From NCBI RefSeq assembly GCF_018350175.1, contig NC_058368.1, forward strand, positions 230,704,001 to 230,768,000: a stretch of 64,000 nt of DNA, read 5' to 3'. This document shows positions 1 to 12,572 of this stretch, piece by piece. This DNA is from Felis catus. Its lineage: Eukaryota. The position numbers and the translations under genes are program-made. How positions within the stretch are numbered: the first letter of the stretch is position 1; each line of letters starts with the position of its first letter. The notes under the pieces are model-generated. The model worked only from the letters and a program-made list of their open reading frames with translations, did not search any database and was not told the origin of the DNA.

Positions 1-365
1 CTTCCTACCATACCTGTTACACCATCCATTCCAATCAATGGCCATTACCCAAAGTCTTCATGACCTTCTGTCCTTTGCATCTGGAATGCATATCACTATT
101 CAACTCCCACTCATCCCTCAAGGCTCAGACTATATCCTGTCACCTTTTGGAATGACTCTCTGATGCAATGATCTGATTTGGCTCCCTTTCCTCAGCTCCC
201 ATGACACCTACTGCATGCCTCTATTATGTCCTACCCACCCTACATCATAATCATTGGTTTGCTTTGCTGTTCTCAACAGATAAGGCAACTTGAGGTCCAA
301 CCTGGGCATGTCGATGCCTTGAGCTCCTCGCACAATGCCTGGTGCATAATTGATTCCCAATAACC
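1..365 (+). mobile_element. L2 LINE 3' fragment (ancient)
   Basis: Pyrimidine-rich body ending in cacaatgcctggtgcataattgattcccaataa, resembling the L2 3' terminus. Confidence 0.55.
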
Positions 366-1234
366 GTGGTGACACAAAAAGGTGCCGTGCAATTCTCAGG
401 CAGAGAAGCTACTGAGATAATGGACTGGTTACACAAAAATAATGAGGTGGGTCTCCGCTCAGAAATTCTCACACTTGGAAAAGACTTGGACATATCAAAG
501 AAACCAGTGAGGAAAGAATTTTAGTATTGTTTAATTGGAAGTGAAGTTTGTAGGATTCAGGTAACAAGAGCATCATCTGATAGAGAAATTGGCCAGGTAA
601 CTGTTCGTGGTCCCCTAAAATAAGAAAGATTTTAACAGAGATAACAGTCTGAAAAAATGGTGATTTATTACTTTGGTTAATTTCTTTTTGCTTACTCTCC
701 ATTTTACTCATAGCATCGATCAGAAATCATATGTGGAAGGTAACACCAATAAAAATGACTTCTATTCTATGAACCAGGTTTTTTTTTTCATAAGACTAAA
801 TAAATCTTATGTGAAGTCTTCTCAAATAAGCACCAAACACTAGTGCCTCTGTTTGAAGGACACAAACCTCTCCTTTGAAAACATGACATGTCTCCTGTTA
901 TAAACCTTTGAAAATTTCCAGTTTCTAATTTTTGTTGATTTACAAGGTATTGTCATCCATAAGATCTTTATTTCTTCTGACATAAGCATTTACCCAAGAA
1001 TACCTCAAGGTACGTAAGTGTGAAGAGACCCCAAAAAAAACCCTCATGCGCTGTGGATACTGGTACAGGTTTGGTTTAACTGTTTTTCAATTAGTAAAGA
1101 AAAACAAACCTTCTACCCTTCAGGGGCATTTTCCAAACTTCAATAACCATCAGGATGTCAAAGCCATTTCTTTTATGTAGTTGGTAACCTCACACATAAG
1201 GACAGAAGAGTTCAGACATTAAAACACCATTAAG

Positions 1235-1467
1235 GGGGCGCCTGGGTGGCGCAGTCGGTTAAGCGTCCGACTTCAGCCAGGTCACGATCTCGCGGTCCAT
1301 GAGTTCGAGCCCCGCGTCAGGCTCTGGGCTGATGGCTCGGAACCTGGAGCCTGTTTCCGATACTGTGTCTCCCTCTCTCTCTGCCCCTCCCCCGTTCATG
1401 CTTTGTCTCTCTCTGTCCCAAAAATAAATAAAAAAACGTTGAAAAAAAAATTTAAAAAAAAAAAAAA
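1235..1467 (+). mobile_element. Young felid CAN-SINE (SINEC_Fc-like), full length
   Basis: ggggcgcctgggtggcgcagtcggttaagcgtccgacttcagcc head, CT tract, A-rich tail; TSD caccattaag at 1225-1234 and 1469-1478. Confidence 0.97.
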
Positions 1468-3384
1468 CCACCATTAAGATCACTTTGGTTGTAAGATTCC
1501 CACGTTCTCAGCAAATCTGGGCCTAATTACTGCCACCTTAAATGTGAACAGAGGATTTTCCGCACTTGCTTACAGGAAGGTCTTGCACAATTCAAAAAAT
1601 GAAAATCAACAGTGAGACAGTGGACAGCCTTAACTTAATTAAAACATAGCTTCTAGTGAGGAAAGTAACAGGTACTCAGGAATGCTGATACAAAAGCACT
1701 GAAATACTTGAAGGGGTCTGGTAATTAGGCTCAAAGCTCTTTAGCAATCCTGTCTTTTTCCTCTACCATGGCAGGGGAATTATGCTCTTCTCTCAACAAC
1801 CAAATAAAGAAGAGAAGAGAGAACATGACCCAGTGAAAATGAGTTTGGGATAGGAGGGGTGGCCAGGAAGTGGACCTATAAGGAAAATGTGTGACCCCTT
1901 TCAAGGCAGACCCACAAGAGACCACAGTTATTTCCTCTTAAACCCGTAGCCTTCTTCAGTCCCCTCAACCCCAGAGAGACGCGTCTTCTTTCATTCTTTC
2001 CTCTTTCTGATCTGCGCTTTGGTACCCACCGACGCTTTCATTCCTTTCTGGTTCCCTTCCTTCTTCCATCCCTGTTTGTGATACAGATTGTGAGGTCGGG
2101 AGGTGGGTGCCGAGCTGAGTAATGTGGATCTCCCCCTATTATTGTTGCCTTGAGAGGAATAGCAAAGTCAGAGTCAACATTCTCATAGAACACATTGTAC
2201 CTTAGTATATGTCAAGTACATTGCACTTTGAGTTGGAATTAAGTTACATGTAGAAAAACAGTTCAGAAGACACTGGAATATTGGGTCAAATCCTCTTGGA
2301 TCCCCATGTACCAGATTCTTCTGAGTGTCTCTTATTTAGTCAGGTTTAGGGGAACACACAATTCTCCCTAGGCATTTCTAAAGAAGTTCTGATCCTCTCT
2401 CTCTAGCTCCTGCCTTGAGATCCCCCCCAACCCCGTCTCCCCTACATGGGGCTCAGAGCTATTGCAAACAGTCATGCAAGAGTCTGTGTTGTAATTCACA
2501 TAAGGGGCCAACACTTCCTATTGCATTTTCTCTCCTAGAAAATCTAGAACCTAGAAGGTTGCTGCACGGTACATGGCCCATCCCTCCACGGTCTACCAAA
2601 CTCCCCAAAACCAGCACATCAGATCACCAAGTATATAGAAATGGATGACACAGTCCATATGTGCTCAGGTGCTCAGGAACTGCAACCGTTTTTCTATATC
2701 CAAACTGATTTCAATTCAAAGTGCTCCTTGATTCCTTATGGGTGGTGGGGGTGGCCTCAGTCTTCAGGCTACAGAACTTTGCTGCTGTCCGGTCCCTTTT
2801 GGGGACAGTGGAATGAGAGGCAGGGGTTAGAGTGGGGGAGGAGAGGAGTGCTCCAGATCTAGTCCTGTCTCCCCAGGGGTGAGAACTGCCAGCAGGCTCG
2901 GGTCTTACTGGTGGTCAGTGAAGTAGGCAGAGCTGCAAGCATAGGCTGTGGTCCCTCCAAGAACAGCAGTCTGGTCTGGGCGCCAGCTTGAGGGACAGTC
3001 CAGGGCAGCTTTGGCCACAGGTGAAGAATGACACCACTAAGGGAAGGTGACAAGTCAGTGCAGAGGAGACCTCTCTAAGCCCGAGAGGGTCTCGGGTACA
3101 GTGAGCTGCAGATCCCCAGCTGGTTGGGGCAGTGTTGGGACCAATTCACCAAGTGCCACGTGTCCATGGTGTCTGGCCGGTCAGCCCCAGCATCGCTACT
3201 GCAGAGGAAGGGCGGCAATGGGGACAGTGGGCTGTGGGTGGGTTGTCGCTCCTGCAACGCCATGAGGAAGGGTCAGGGTGCCCCAGCCAGCACCCCAGAG
3301 CGCGGAAGCTAGAGAAGTGAGCTATTCTTTATTTTACTGAGGAAGCAATATTACAACCTTTGTGACAAAAAAGCCTGCTTCATA

Positions 3385-3610
3385 GAGCGGTTAAGAACAA
3401 GAACATTGGAGGCAGAAAGATGCTCATATCCTGCCTTCCACCCATGTGACAGTGACTCAGGTCATTTCCTGCCTTACTTTACATCTTGAAGCCTCAGTTT
3501 CTCTATCTACATAATGGGAATGATAATTGTGTTTCCCTCTTAGATGCAGTGTGGAGTAATTAATGAAAAGCACTTAGCATCCAAGTGATGATAAACACAG
3601 TAAGTAAATT
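3385..3610 (+). mobile_element. MIR SINE
   Basis: MIR core gcctcagtttctctatctacataatgggaatgataat and aaagcacttagca. Confidence 0.75.
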
Positions 3611-3613
3611 ATA

Positions 3614-3738
3614 GGGGTGCCTGGGTGGCTCAGTCAGTTAAAGCATCCAACTCTTGATCTCCGCTTGGGTCTTGATCTCAGAGTCATGAGTTCAAGCTTT
3701 GCATTGGGTTCCATGTTGGACGTGGGGCCTACTTAAAG

Positions 3739-3769
<31 letters not shown>

Positions 3770-3772
3770 ATA
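3614..3772 (+). mobile_element. Older short CAN-SINE with (TAAA)n tail
   Basis: ggggtgcctgggtggctcagtc head, no CT tract, (TAAA)n. Confidence 0.85.
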
Positions 3773-3979
3773 TTCTTAATAACCATAATAACCAAAAATA
3801 TTTGAGGCTACCAAAAAGATGAGTTCTACAATTTCCATATTCTTTCAAAATGAACTCTGGGGTATAATTTATATACAGTACAGTTGTACTCATTTAGATG
3901 AACAGTTGAGTACTTTCAACAAATATATTCACTCATGTAATCATTACTCCAATCAAAATATAAAATATCCCCCCCCCCA

Positions 3980-4172
3980 GGGCATCTGGGTGGCTCAGTC
4001 AGTAAGCGTCAGACATCGGCTCAGGTAACGATCTCACCATTCTTGAGTTTGAGCCCCACATTGGGCTCTGTGCTGTCAGCACGGAGCCCACTTCAGATCC
4101 TCTGTCTGTCTGTCTGTCTCTTTCTGCCCCTCCCCCCTCTCTCTCAAAAATAAATGAACATTTAAAAAAATA
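3980..4172 (+). mobile_element. CAN-SINE
   Basis: SINE head, CT tract and A-rich tail, nested in L1. Confidence 0.92.
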
Positions 4173-4353
4173 TACACCTACTCCTTTGCAGTCCAGCCAT
4201 CTGCCATCAACACTTAACCCCAGCGTACCACCGATCTGCTTTCTGACCCTATGGATGAGTCTGGCCCATTCTAGAATTTCAAGAAATAACATTGTACCAT
4301 ATGTACTCATGTCTTTTGCTCAGCCTCCTGTTTCTGACACAAGTTGCTACATG

Positions 4354-4813
4354 TGTCAGAAGAAGCTTTATTTGATACGGTATTTTGTTGAGTGGGAAAC
4401 AAGGATTGGCAAATAGGGTGACTTCAAAATGGAAAGTCGTGAAGCTGTCTCTTCCTGGTTACAGCTCAGTTACTAAAGCCTGAATAGGGGAAGCACTAGC
4501 TTTCTGCTATGACTGGTAACTGGAAACTTACATCCAGGGTCAGGGGGAGGGGATGTTGGGGGGGAGGGTGTATGGGGGGGGGGTCGGAGGGGGGGTGTGC
4601 AGTAACGCTCCATCAGCTTACTTGCTTGTAGTCTAACGGCCAGGAAGCCGCAAGGCCATGCCAACATCAAGAAATTAAACTTTGTTGAAGGTCAGAGTCA
4701 GCCTTTGGGGGATATCATATAGTTTACGTTTTGGTGATGTGGCTATGGGTGGTTGGCTTAGGGGTACGCTGGAACCCTCCACTTGTGGCCTCCACTTTGG
4801 TTTTTCTTTAACA
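4354..4813 (-). mobile_element. Solo LTR, probably ERV1 class (460 bp)
   Basis: TG...CA termini, exact 4-bp TSD catg (4350-4353 and 4814-4817), AATAAA near the minus-strand 3' end (tttatt 4367-4372); interrupts an L1. Confidence 0.8.
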
Positions 4814-4960
4814 CATGCCTGGGACTTCATTCGTATTGTCACGGAGTAATATTCCATCGACACGATCCACCGCCATGTTAACCCATCATCCACTGGTTGA
4901 CAGACATTTGGCTTGGTTCCAGTTCGGTGACTTTATGAATAAAACATTTATGAGCATTGT

Positions 4961-5152
4961 GGGGCGCCTGGGTGGCTTAGTCGGTTAAGCGCCTGACTTC
5001 GGCTCAGGTCATGATCTCTCGGTTTGTGAGTTCGAGCCCCACATCTGTGCTGTCAGCACAGAGCCTCTGTCCCCCTCTCTCTCTCTGCCCCTCCTCTGTT
5101 CCTTCTCTCTCTTTTTCTTTTTCAAAATAAGTAAGCTTTAAATATATATATA
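4961..5152 (+). mobile_element. CAN-SINE
   Basis: ggggcgcctgggtggcttagtcggttaagcg head, CT tract, (TA)n tail. Confidence 0.93.
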
Positions 5153-5539
5153 TTTCTTACCAGCTTTGTAGTATGTCTTTTCATTTTTTAACAGTGCCTT
5201 TTGAAGAGCAAACTTTTTTCCGATTTGATAAAATGGATCCGTATTTTAATTTTATGATTAGTGTTTTTTGAGTCCTGAGAAATCTTTGCCTACCACGGGG
5301 CTGTGCAGATTTTCTCCTACGCTTCTTCTCTGTGCTTAATGGTTTAGTCATTATATTCAGGTTTCTGACCATTTCAAGTTGTCGTTTTTGTTTGTGTGCT
5401 TGCTTGCTTGCTTATGTGTTCATTTGTGTCATGATGGAAGTGAAAGGTTAAAGGCCAGATTTTCCCACAGGGCTATTTCAGGGGCCAGCACCTTATGTTA
5501 GAAAGCCGATGCTTCTTCACTGAATGCTGACACTAAGGA

Positions 5540-6400
5540 TTTCTACTTTTAACCCCGATGGAGTCACAGGGAATGGGGTTGCCCTTAACTAACTGGAAAC
5601 CGGGCAGCATTAATGAAACAACAGACAATAGGCGGTTCAGGACAGGGGCCGTGGGAGAAGGAAGCTGCAATGGCACTAAGCCTTACTGCCTAGAAGGTTT
5701 CCAGCCTGCAGGAAGGGGGACCCACAGAAGCCCAGCAGTCTCCCTGAGTTGACAAGACCAGGGTTCCAGACCGGGAAACCAACGCAGACACAATTTACGG
5801 AGCAAAATACCTAAGTTGCCGAGAAGTAGAGGTATTTATCCTCAACTTCCATCCATTATCAGCTGAGAGCTGCCCCCGGGCACCTATTCCCAGAATCTCT
5901 GACTTGTGCAGGTAAGCCAAGAGAAAGGTCTCGGGCTGAAACACAGCCTTCAGGCCCCTTTGGCGGGTTCTGGAATGGTAAGGAAAGAGGCCAGACGGGC
6001 AACAAGCTAGCAGTTTCTGCACTGGGGTCTTGGGCCATCTCTGCAGGGAAACCGGCCCAACTGACATGTCCTGATGAATGAAAATTTCGGGAGAGGTGAT
6101 AGCCCTCCTACCCCATCTTGGCAAGGGCTGAATGGTGGGTTCCGAGTGCCGTTTTCCCTAGGAACCTAGGAGGCCATCGCATGGGCAGCGGGCACCTGAG
6201 CCATAACAGGAAAGGCAGAAGCGGACAACGATGGGGTGGGAATGGCTGTGCAAAACCTGTGCAGACACAGGAGAGGCATTGCAAGGTGCTTGCTCCCAGA
6301 AATTAGCGGATGAATTTGGAGGGAGCGACTGAGGCTTTGCTGCTACCAAGGCCAGGGCCATGGAGACATTTACTAGGGGAGCTTCCGGCGTGGAACCCGA
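5540..6400 (+). mobile_element. Probable old L1M 5' region
   Basis: aggtttccagcctgcagg...agcccagcagtctccctgagttga resembles recalled L1MC-type 5' end; boundaries uncertain. Confidence 0.45.
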
Positions 6401-6852
6401 GTTCCCTGGCCCAGCATGTAACCGCCTTTCACCATGGTGATACCACCTGTCTGATATCAAATGCTTCATACTGATTAGTATCTTTGGAGCACTGTCACTT
6501 GAATAGGACTTCCAGGGAGGTGGGAACTTGTTCATGCAATTTGCTGCTATGTCCAGAGCTTAGGACAATATCTGGCGTATAATAGACCACAATAAATATT
6601 TGTCGAAGGGATAAATATCGCATGTTCTTGTTCCCTCTGTGATGTATAGTCTTCGCCCCCACCCCACCCCCTGCCCCGCCTGTGGAAAGCTCACGGCAAA
6701 AGTTACTTCCATTTAGCACTTACCTCTTGTTCCAGAGATGATTATAAACCCCATCACCGGTCATGAACCTTGCTTAACGATGACACATATCCTTGTCGAG
6801 GCAAAGAAACTAAACCTTGACTTAATCTTCCTCCAAGATGCACCCTCATTTT

Positions 6853-7059
6853 ATTTTTTTTTAATTTTTTTAACACTATTTATTGTTGAAAGAGAGAGAC
6901 AGAGCATGAGCAGGGGAGGGGCAGAGAGAGGAGGAGATGCAGGCTCCAGGCTCCGAGCTCTCAGCACAGAGCCCGACGCGGGGCTCGAACTCACAAACCG
7001 TGAGATCATGACCTGAACTGAAGTCGGTCGCTCAACCGACTGAGCCACCCAGGTGCCCC
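6853..7059 (-). mobile_element. CAN-SINE
   Basis: Antisense SINE; TSD agatgcaccctcatttt / agatgcacccccgtttt. Confidence 0.96.
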
Positions 7060-8352
7060 GAGATGCACCCCCGTTTTAAACCCCAACCGAAGTATTCTTT
7101 ATCACTATGCCAAAAGCCGAAAACTGATGAACAGTAGGCATCAGCAGAATAACGAAGACGGTGAGTCTCCATTTCCACCCCCTTGTTAGTTCGTCATTAC
7201 CACGGCCTTCACGTTACCGTAACGACCATCACAGGGCTGTGACTTCACCTGGAAGTAATAGATGGGTGTTTCTCTCCTGGCTCTCAAAATAAAACATTTC
7301 ATTATTCCAAGAGCTTCTTGAAATAACCCAACATAGTGATTTCAAAGGCTTATTCTCAGAAACCTGACTTCCGTGGGATCCTGTGTTAGGCTGAATAAAA
7401 GGCTCGTAGAAAGTGAAAACTTAAGGCTGAAAAACATCTGAGAAGTCAGGAGGCCCATCCTCTTCAGGTCAGACCTGTTGCAGCCTCTGCGTGCAGGAAT
7501 TGGCTCTCTGTGGTTCTTAGAGACCTTCCAAGGAGAACACGCTTTAAGTGCACTCACTTTAAGCACTTGCTTTAAGTGCGATTTCAAGGAGAACAGTGCT
7601 TCTCGTATCCCAGCAAAGCCCCACCATCTCTTCTTGGGCCGTCCTCTTTGGTTTGGGCACTAGAATCGCTCACAAAAACCCCAAATGCTACCAAACGAGG
7701 GACGTTCATGCTCACGGATCAGAGACGGTCACCAGGACTCTTAAAATTTCACTACAGCGTGGTGCAGAATCCGGTACACCGTTGCCCAAGCCTTAGGTTC
7801 TGCAAACGAAGCATTCCAGAATAGTCCTAACGTAACACCATTCCACGCCTCCACTCGTCAGCGGTGTCCCGGGTCTCGGTGAGGATTCAAAACACGTGGT
7901 GGGCCACATCCCAGTCATCGGTTAGCAGGGAGTGAGGGGAAACTCAGCCCGGAGGCTGGTGGCCGACGCACAAATCCCCCGATGCAAGATTAACCGTCAC
8001 ACTTAAAGAATAAATTCACGGAAGACAGAAACAACACAGAGGTCACTTCCTCCTTTTTCCTTCTAGCTTGACTGTCCTAACCACCTCTGATGGGTCTCTG
8101 TCAGACATTTCTGTGTAGCTCTAGAGAAGCAGTCTCCTATGCGAAGCCAAATCCACTGTTAAAAAGAAAAAAAAATAAAATACAGAGATTTCTTTAAATT
8201 TAGCCGGAAGTCTCCTAACTTCATGTCATGATTTCTTTGTGGCCTGAAATTGAAGAATCAATAACACGTTCAATTGCCCTAATTGGTAGTTACAGATCTT
8301 ATCTGTGATTCGTACAGGCAATCCCCTCCGGCATATTTTAAAGTCAGCTTTT

Positions 8353-8571
8353 GGGGCGCCTGGGTGGCGCAGTCGGTTAAGCGACCGACTTCAGCCAGGT
8401 CACGATCTCGCGGTCCGTGAGTTCGAGCCCCGCGTCGGGCTCTGCGCTGATGGCTCGGAGCCTGGAGCCTGCTTCCGATTCTGTGTCTCCCTCTCTCTCT
8501 GCCCCTCCCCCGTTCATGCTCTGTCTCTCTCTGTCCCAAAAATAAATAAAAACATGGGGAAAAAAATTTTC
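8353..8571 (+). mobile_element. Young felid CAN-SINE
   Basis: Near-consensus CpG-rich head; TSD aagtcagctttt at 8341-8352 and 8572-8583. Confidence 0.97.
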
Positions 8572-8879
8572 AAGTCAGCTTTTACAGTTCACTAATGCAA
8601 TTTGCAAAAGATGCTTTGACTGACAATGGTTTTGCCTCGGTTGAGGCCTTTATCGCATCTGCTCTGGATGCTTTCGAATCCCACTTCCACGATGCTCATT
8701 CAGCCCACACGCCTCTTTCTATCTGCCGTATCCTCCCTCCGACAGACCAGCCTGTGTGGCCTCCTCGGGGACGATCCTTCTGTGACGCCACTCAGACTCT
8801 GGGAGAAAGTCGAAGCTCCCCATAAGCGTCTTCATCCCTTGTCGGCAGCTCTCCTATCTCTTCTCTTCCCCCTGCCCCT

Positions 8880-9433
8880 TCCTTCCATCTGGATCAAAGA
8901 CTGACTGTTGCCTAGACATCACATACCGCTGGTCTCTGATCTTCTCCATAGGCTCCAGCCTCCACCTAGATTTTGTTTCTTGAACTGGAAGCCTCGGATT
9001 AGCCATTATCTTCTCCCGGCCTCCGGGCTCCCCACGGTACCTCCCCCCATTCAGGCAGTGACACCCAGATAGGACTGGACTGGCACCAAGTAATGAACAG
9101 ATTGAGATGCAGTGAGGGGCCACCGAGACCAGACCCTGCCCCCTGGTACCCCCGTGCCCCACCCAGTCACTGCAAAGGGGAGGAGATAAGTGTCTTCGTG
9201 TCCCTGCAAGCTGGCTTTGACACACCCACTGGGAAACCCCCACTCCACTAGGCGCTTCTCCTGTTCTCCTCTGCTCCTCCCCATCATTAAACGTATCACG
9301 CAAGATGAAGCTGTTTCATTATCCATTACAGGCAAGACAAGAGGGCCCCCCCTACACTCCTTCGTGGGCGGCACGGTGACCCCGGCACGGCGTCTAGTGC
9401 ATCGCTGGCTCTCGGTAAGCGTGCGTTGGCTGC
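8880..9433 (+). mobile_element. L2 fragment, GC-shifted
   Basis: Pyrimidine-rich L2-like body; terminal ctcggtaagcgtgcgttggctgc aligns to the L2 3' end. Confidence 0.5.
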
Positions 9434-10188
9434 TTTGCCCACAGAAACAAGTGCGGCTGAGGAACTTGGTACCATCCCTTCTCAGCCATGTGCCGTTGCA
9501 TGTGTATGTGACAAGAGGGACAGGGACAGCTTAGCCAAGAAAACCGTGTAGCCGTTGCTTTCCTCGCTGGCTACAAACCAGTCATTCCCCGTGCTGGGGT
9601 CCCGGAGCAGGAAGAATTCTGAAGGTCCACAGAGAACGCATGCATGGCGTTTCCTTTACATCGTAAATAAGAGTGTTTTCCCCTCCACAAGGGAGTCGGT
9701 TGTGTTCCTCCTTTTTTTATTTTCAACAAGACCCAACTTCTCTGAATTTGAAGAGTCTTCTGTAAATTGCCAGAGCTGTTTGGGACGATTTTTCTCGGAC
9801 TACGAGGCAGCCAAGCAATTCCAAACCCTCCTCGGGATGTCCCCTTCCACCGGGTTCCATCGGGAAGCCCGCCACCAGCGTCGCATGCGGATTTCAAAAT
9901 CGAAATACGGCAGCCTCGTAACAACCCAGAAAGAGCATCATGCTACGTCGTCATGGCATGGTCTGTCTCATTCGTACGGCCAAAAAATATGTTTTGGATC
10001 CTAGGTACCACTGAAGAGGCATCCTTGTTACACAGCCCGCATTTTCTCACAGATTAATGTTTCCTGAGAGCTTCAATTTAAGAGTTAATACCAAGGGCAT
10101 TTACGTAACTCCATGCAACCTAAACGCATATGAACAACAAAGCTGGGAAGAGTTTGTCAAAAACAGAATGTGTTCAGAAGAGACAGAT

Positions 10189-10222
<34 letters not shown>

Positions 10223-10912
10223 ACCTTGAACCGAACACTATTTCAAGAGCTAAAATTACAGACTTGCTTTCCCACAGGCCACGGCAGCAAATCCAAACAA
10301 AAGCTCTCCTTGCAGCCCCAAAGCAAACCCATGACCCCAAGTGCCCATCACCTCTGTGGGCTGTCATTATCACTCTTCTCTCCAGAAAGAAGTAAATTTA
10401 GGAAGGGACAAAAATAGGCAAGTAAAGCTGTCAGTCACTTTACTTCTTTATTTTTCTGAATAGAATATTTTTCTTGGTCTATTAAAAAATACATGACCGC
10501 TCGTTCAGAATCCTTTCATTAATATAAAGCATTAAGTCTAATCCATTTTGCCTTTTTGAAGAACTTGTCTTCCGTTCATTTAAAAGCCTGCTCTCACGAT
10601 AACGTTAACACCTGCACCTCTCGCTCCTGTTTCATTTTGTGCAAACTCCAGACGTCAGTTACACAAGGCATTCTTATAATGTCACATAATTTATTTTTGA
10701 GCAGAGCTCATATCATATGCAAGAGATTAATACGCGGGACAGCACTTTAAGCTCTAAAGAAGAATACGAGCATTAGCTACCTTTATCTTTATCATCCCTT
10801 CAGCACTTAATGAATAGTAAGAACCCAATAAAATGTCTGCTGGCTGAACTTAAGTGTGGACAAATAGAAAGGAAACAAAGGAAGTTATTTCATAAGAGTG
10901 ATAACAAATCCA

Positions 10913-11135
10913 GGGCGCCTGGGTGGCTCAGTCGGTTGAGCGTCTGACTTTGGCTCAGGTCATGATCTCACGGCTCCTGGGTTCGAGACCCGTGTCGGGC
11001 TCTGTGCTGACAGCTTGGAGCCTGGAGCCTGCTTTGGATTCTGTGTCACCCTTTCTCTTTCTGCCCCTTCCCGACTCGTGCTCATGCTCTCTCTCTCTCA
11101 AAAAGAAATAAATAAACTTAAAAATTTTTTAAGCA
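10913..11135 (+). mobile_element. CAN-SINE
   Basis: Full SINE; TSD aagagtgataacaaatcca / aagaatgataataaatcca. Confidence 0.95.
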
Positions 11136-11325
11136 AAGAATGATAATAAATCCAAAATACAGAATCTCCCACGACGCCAGCATTGCCAACCCTGCATCGT
11201 TGGCTGTGGGCTGAAATGGGCTTCTGAGGCTGAGTGTGTGCCCATAGGACCAGATATGGCTGTTGTCCAACTCAGAGTCATCTGACCTCAAGCAGTATCC
11301 AGTGCTCGCTCCCCAAAAAGTATCC

Positions 11326-11558
11326 GGGCGCCTGGGGGGCTCAGTCGGTTAAGCGTCCGACTTCAGCTCAGGCCATGATCTCGTTGCTCGTGAGTTTGAG
11401 CCCCACGTCGGGCTCTGTGCCGACAGCTTGAAGCCTGGAGCCTGCTTCCGATTCTGTGTCTCCCTCTCTCTGTGTCCCTCCCCTGCTCATGCTCTGTCTC
11501 TCTCTCTCTCTCTCAAAAATAAAAATAAGCATTAAAAAAAATTTAAACAAAAAATAAA
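11326..11558 (+). mobile_element. CAN-SINE
   Basis: Full SINE head, CT tract, A tail. Confidence 0.95.
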
Positions 11559-12194
11559 ATTACCCATGTAAGACATTAGCGAACAATGAGACTTTACTGA
11601 AGATTCCACAGGTTCCACAGGGAGTCTCAGGATGTGGCATCGCCCACTGCCAGCAGCACTCTTCCCCTGCACCTCACCCCCCCCCCCCGCGGTTCCTGCC
11701 AGCTTCCTGCTCGCTTCCTGCTCTCAACGCAGCACTGTCATTGGAGAGGTAAAAGGCAGTCACGCTGAAGATGTTTATATAACCAGGATAGAGGAAAAGG
11801 TAGACAGGTACATTAAATTGATAGAGAAAAAGAGGTACATTAAAGAAAGCAGGAACAGAAAGGACAAATTCCATCACAGAGTTATCGCACAAGAGACAGA
11901 CAACATGGTAAACCTCGCCACCACGATAACATTGTAAACGGGCACAGGCTTTTGCAAAGGGATGAGAGGCAGCACACGGCAGGAGCACCGTCAATACCCA
12001 GGCCCTTTGCATCACTCCAGAGAGCACAGTCCAAGAACGTATTTCCTTAATAGGAGAAAGCATTCCGTGCAGGCTGTTGCTCTCTGAAGCATTCTCAACG
12101 CTGGGAAGAAAGACAGCTGGGTGGAATGAAAACCACAAAGACGTGTTCCTTCTGTTAAGTGATGGTGCATCTGCACAATGAGATATTCTTCTTG

Positions 12195-12572
12195 TTTTCT
12201 GTATTTATCGTTTTGTATTTTAATTCCGATGTAGTTGACATACAGTGTTAGATTAGTTTCCAGGTGTGCAATATAGTGATTCAACAATTCTAAACATTGT
12301 TAGTTAAAAAGAGAACTACCCTACAATCCAGCAATTGCACTACTGGGTATTTACCCCCATAATACAAAAACACTAATTCAAAGGGATATCAACACGCCTA
12401 TGTTTATTGCAGCATTATCTACAATAGCCAAATTCTGGAAGCAGCCTAAGTGTCCACCATTAGATGAATAAAGATATATATATATATATACACAATATAC
12501 AAGAAATATATATGCACAATATATATGCATATATACTATATATATATAATGGAATATTATTCAGCCATAAAA
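12195..12572. mobile_element. 5'-inverted (twin-primed) carnivore L1 insertion
   Basis: Minus-strand L1 3' end (about 12195-12300) joined to a plus-strand ORF2-end segment (about 12303-12572); imperfect TSD agatattcttcttg / agatatttttcctg. Confidence 0.8.

Larger units (their letters stand above)
3850..5530 (-). mobile_element. Old L1 (L1M) 3' region interrupted by two SINEs and a solo LTR
   Basis: Antisense L1 3'UTR/ORF2 motifs such as ggtataatttatatacagta, gtaatattccat, ttttgaagagcaaac, gaaatctttgcctacc. Confidence 0.7.

Noticed and set aside
9555..10057. Overlapping ORFs on both strands in the CpG-rich patch
   Set aside because: Expected from stop-codon scarcity in GC-rich DNA; no recognisable protein
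11632..12138. ORFs of 101 aa (+) and 154 aa (-)
   Set aside because: Driven by a purine-rich strand bias; no recognisable homology
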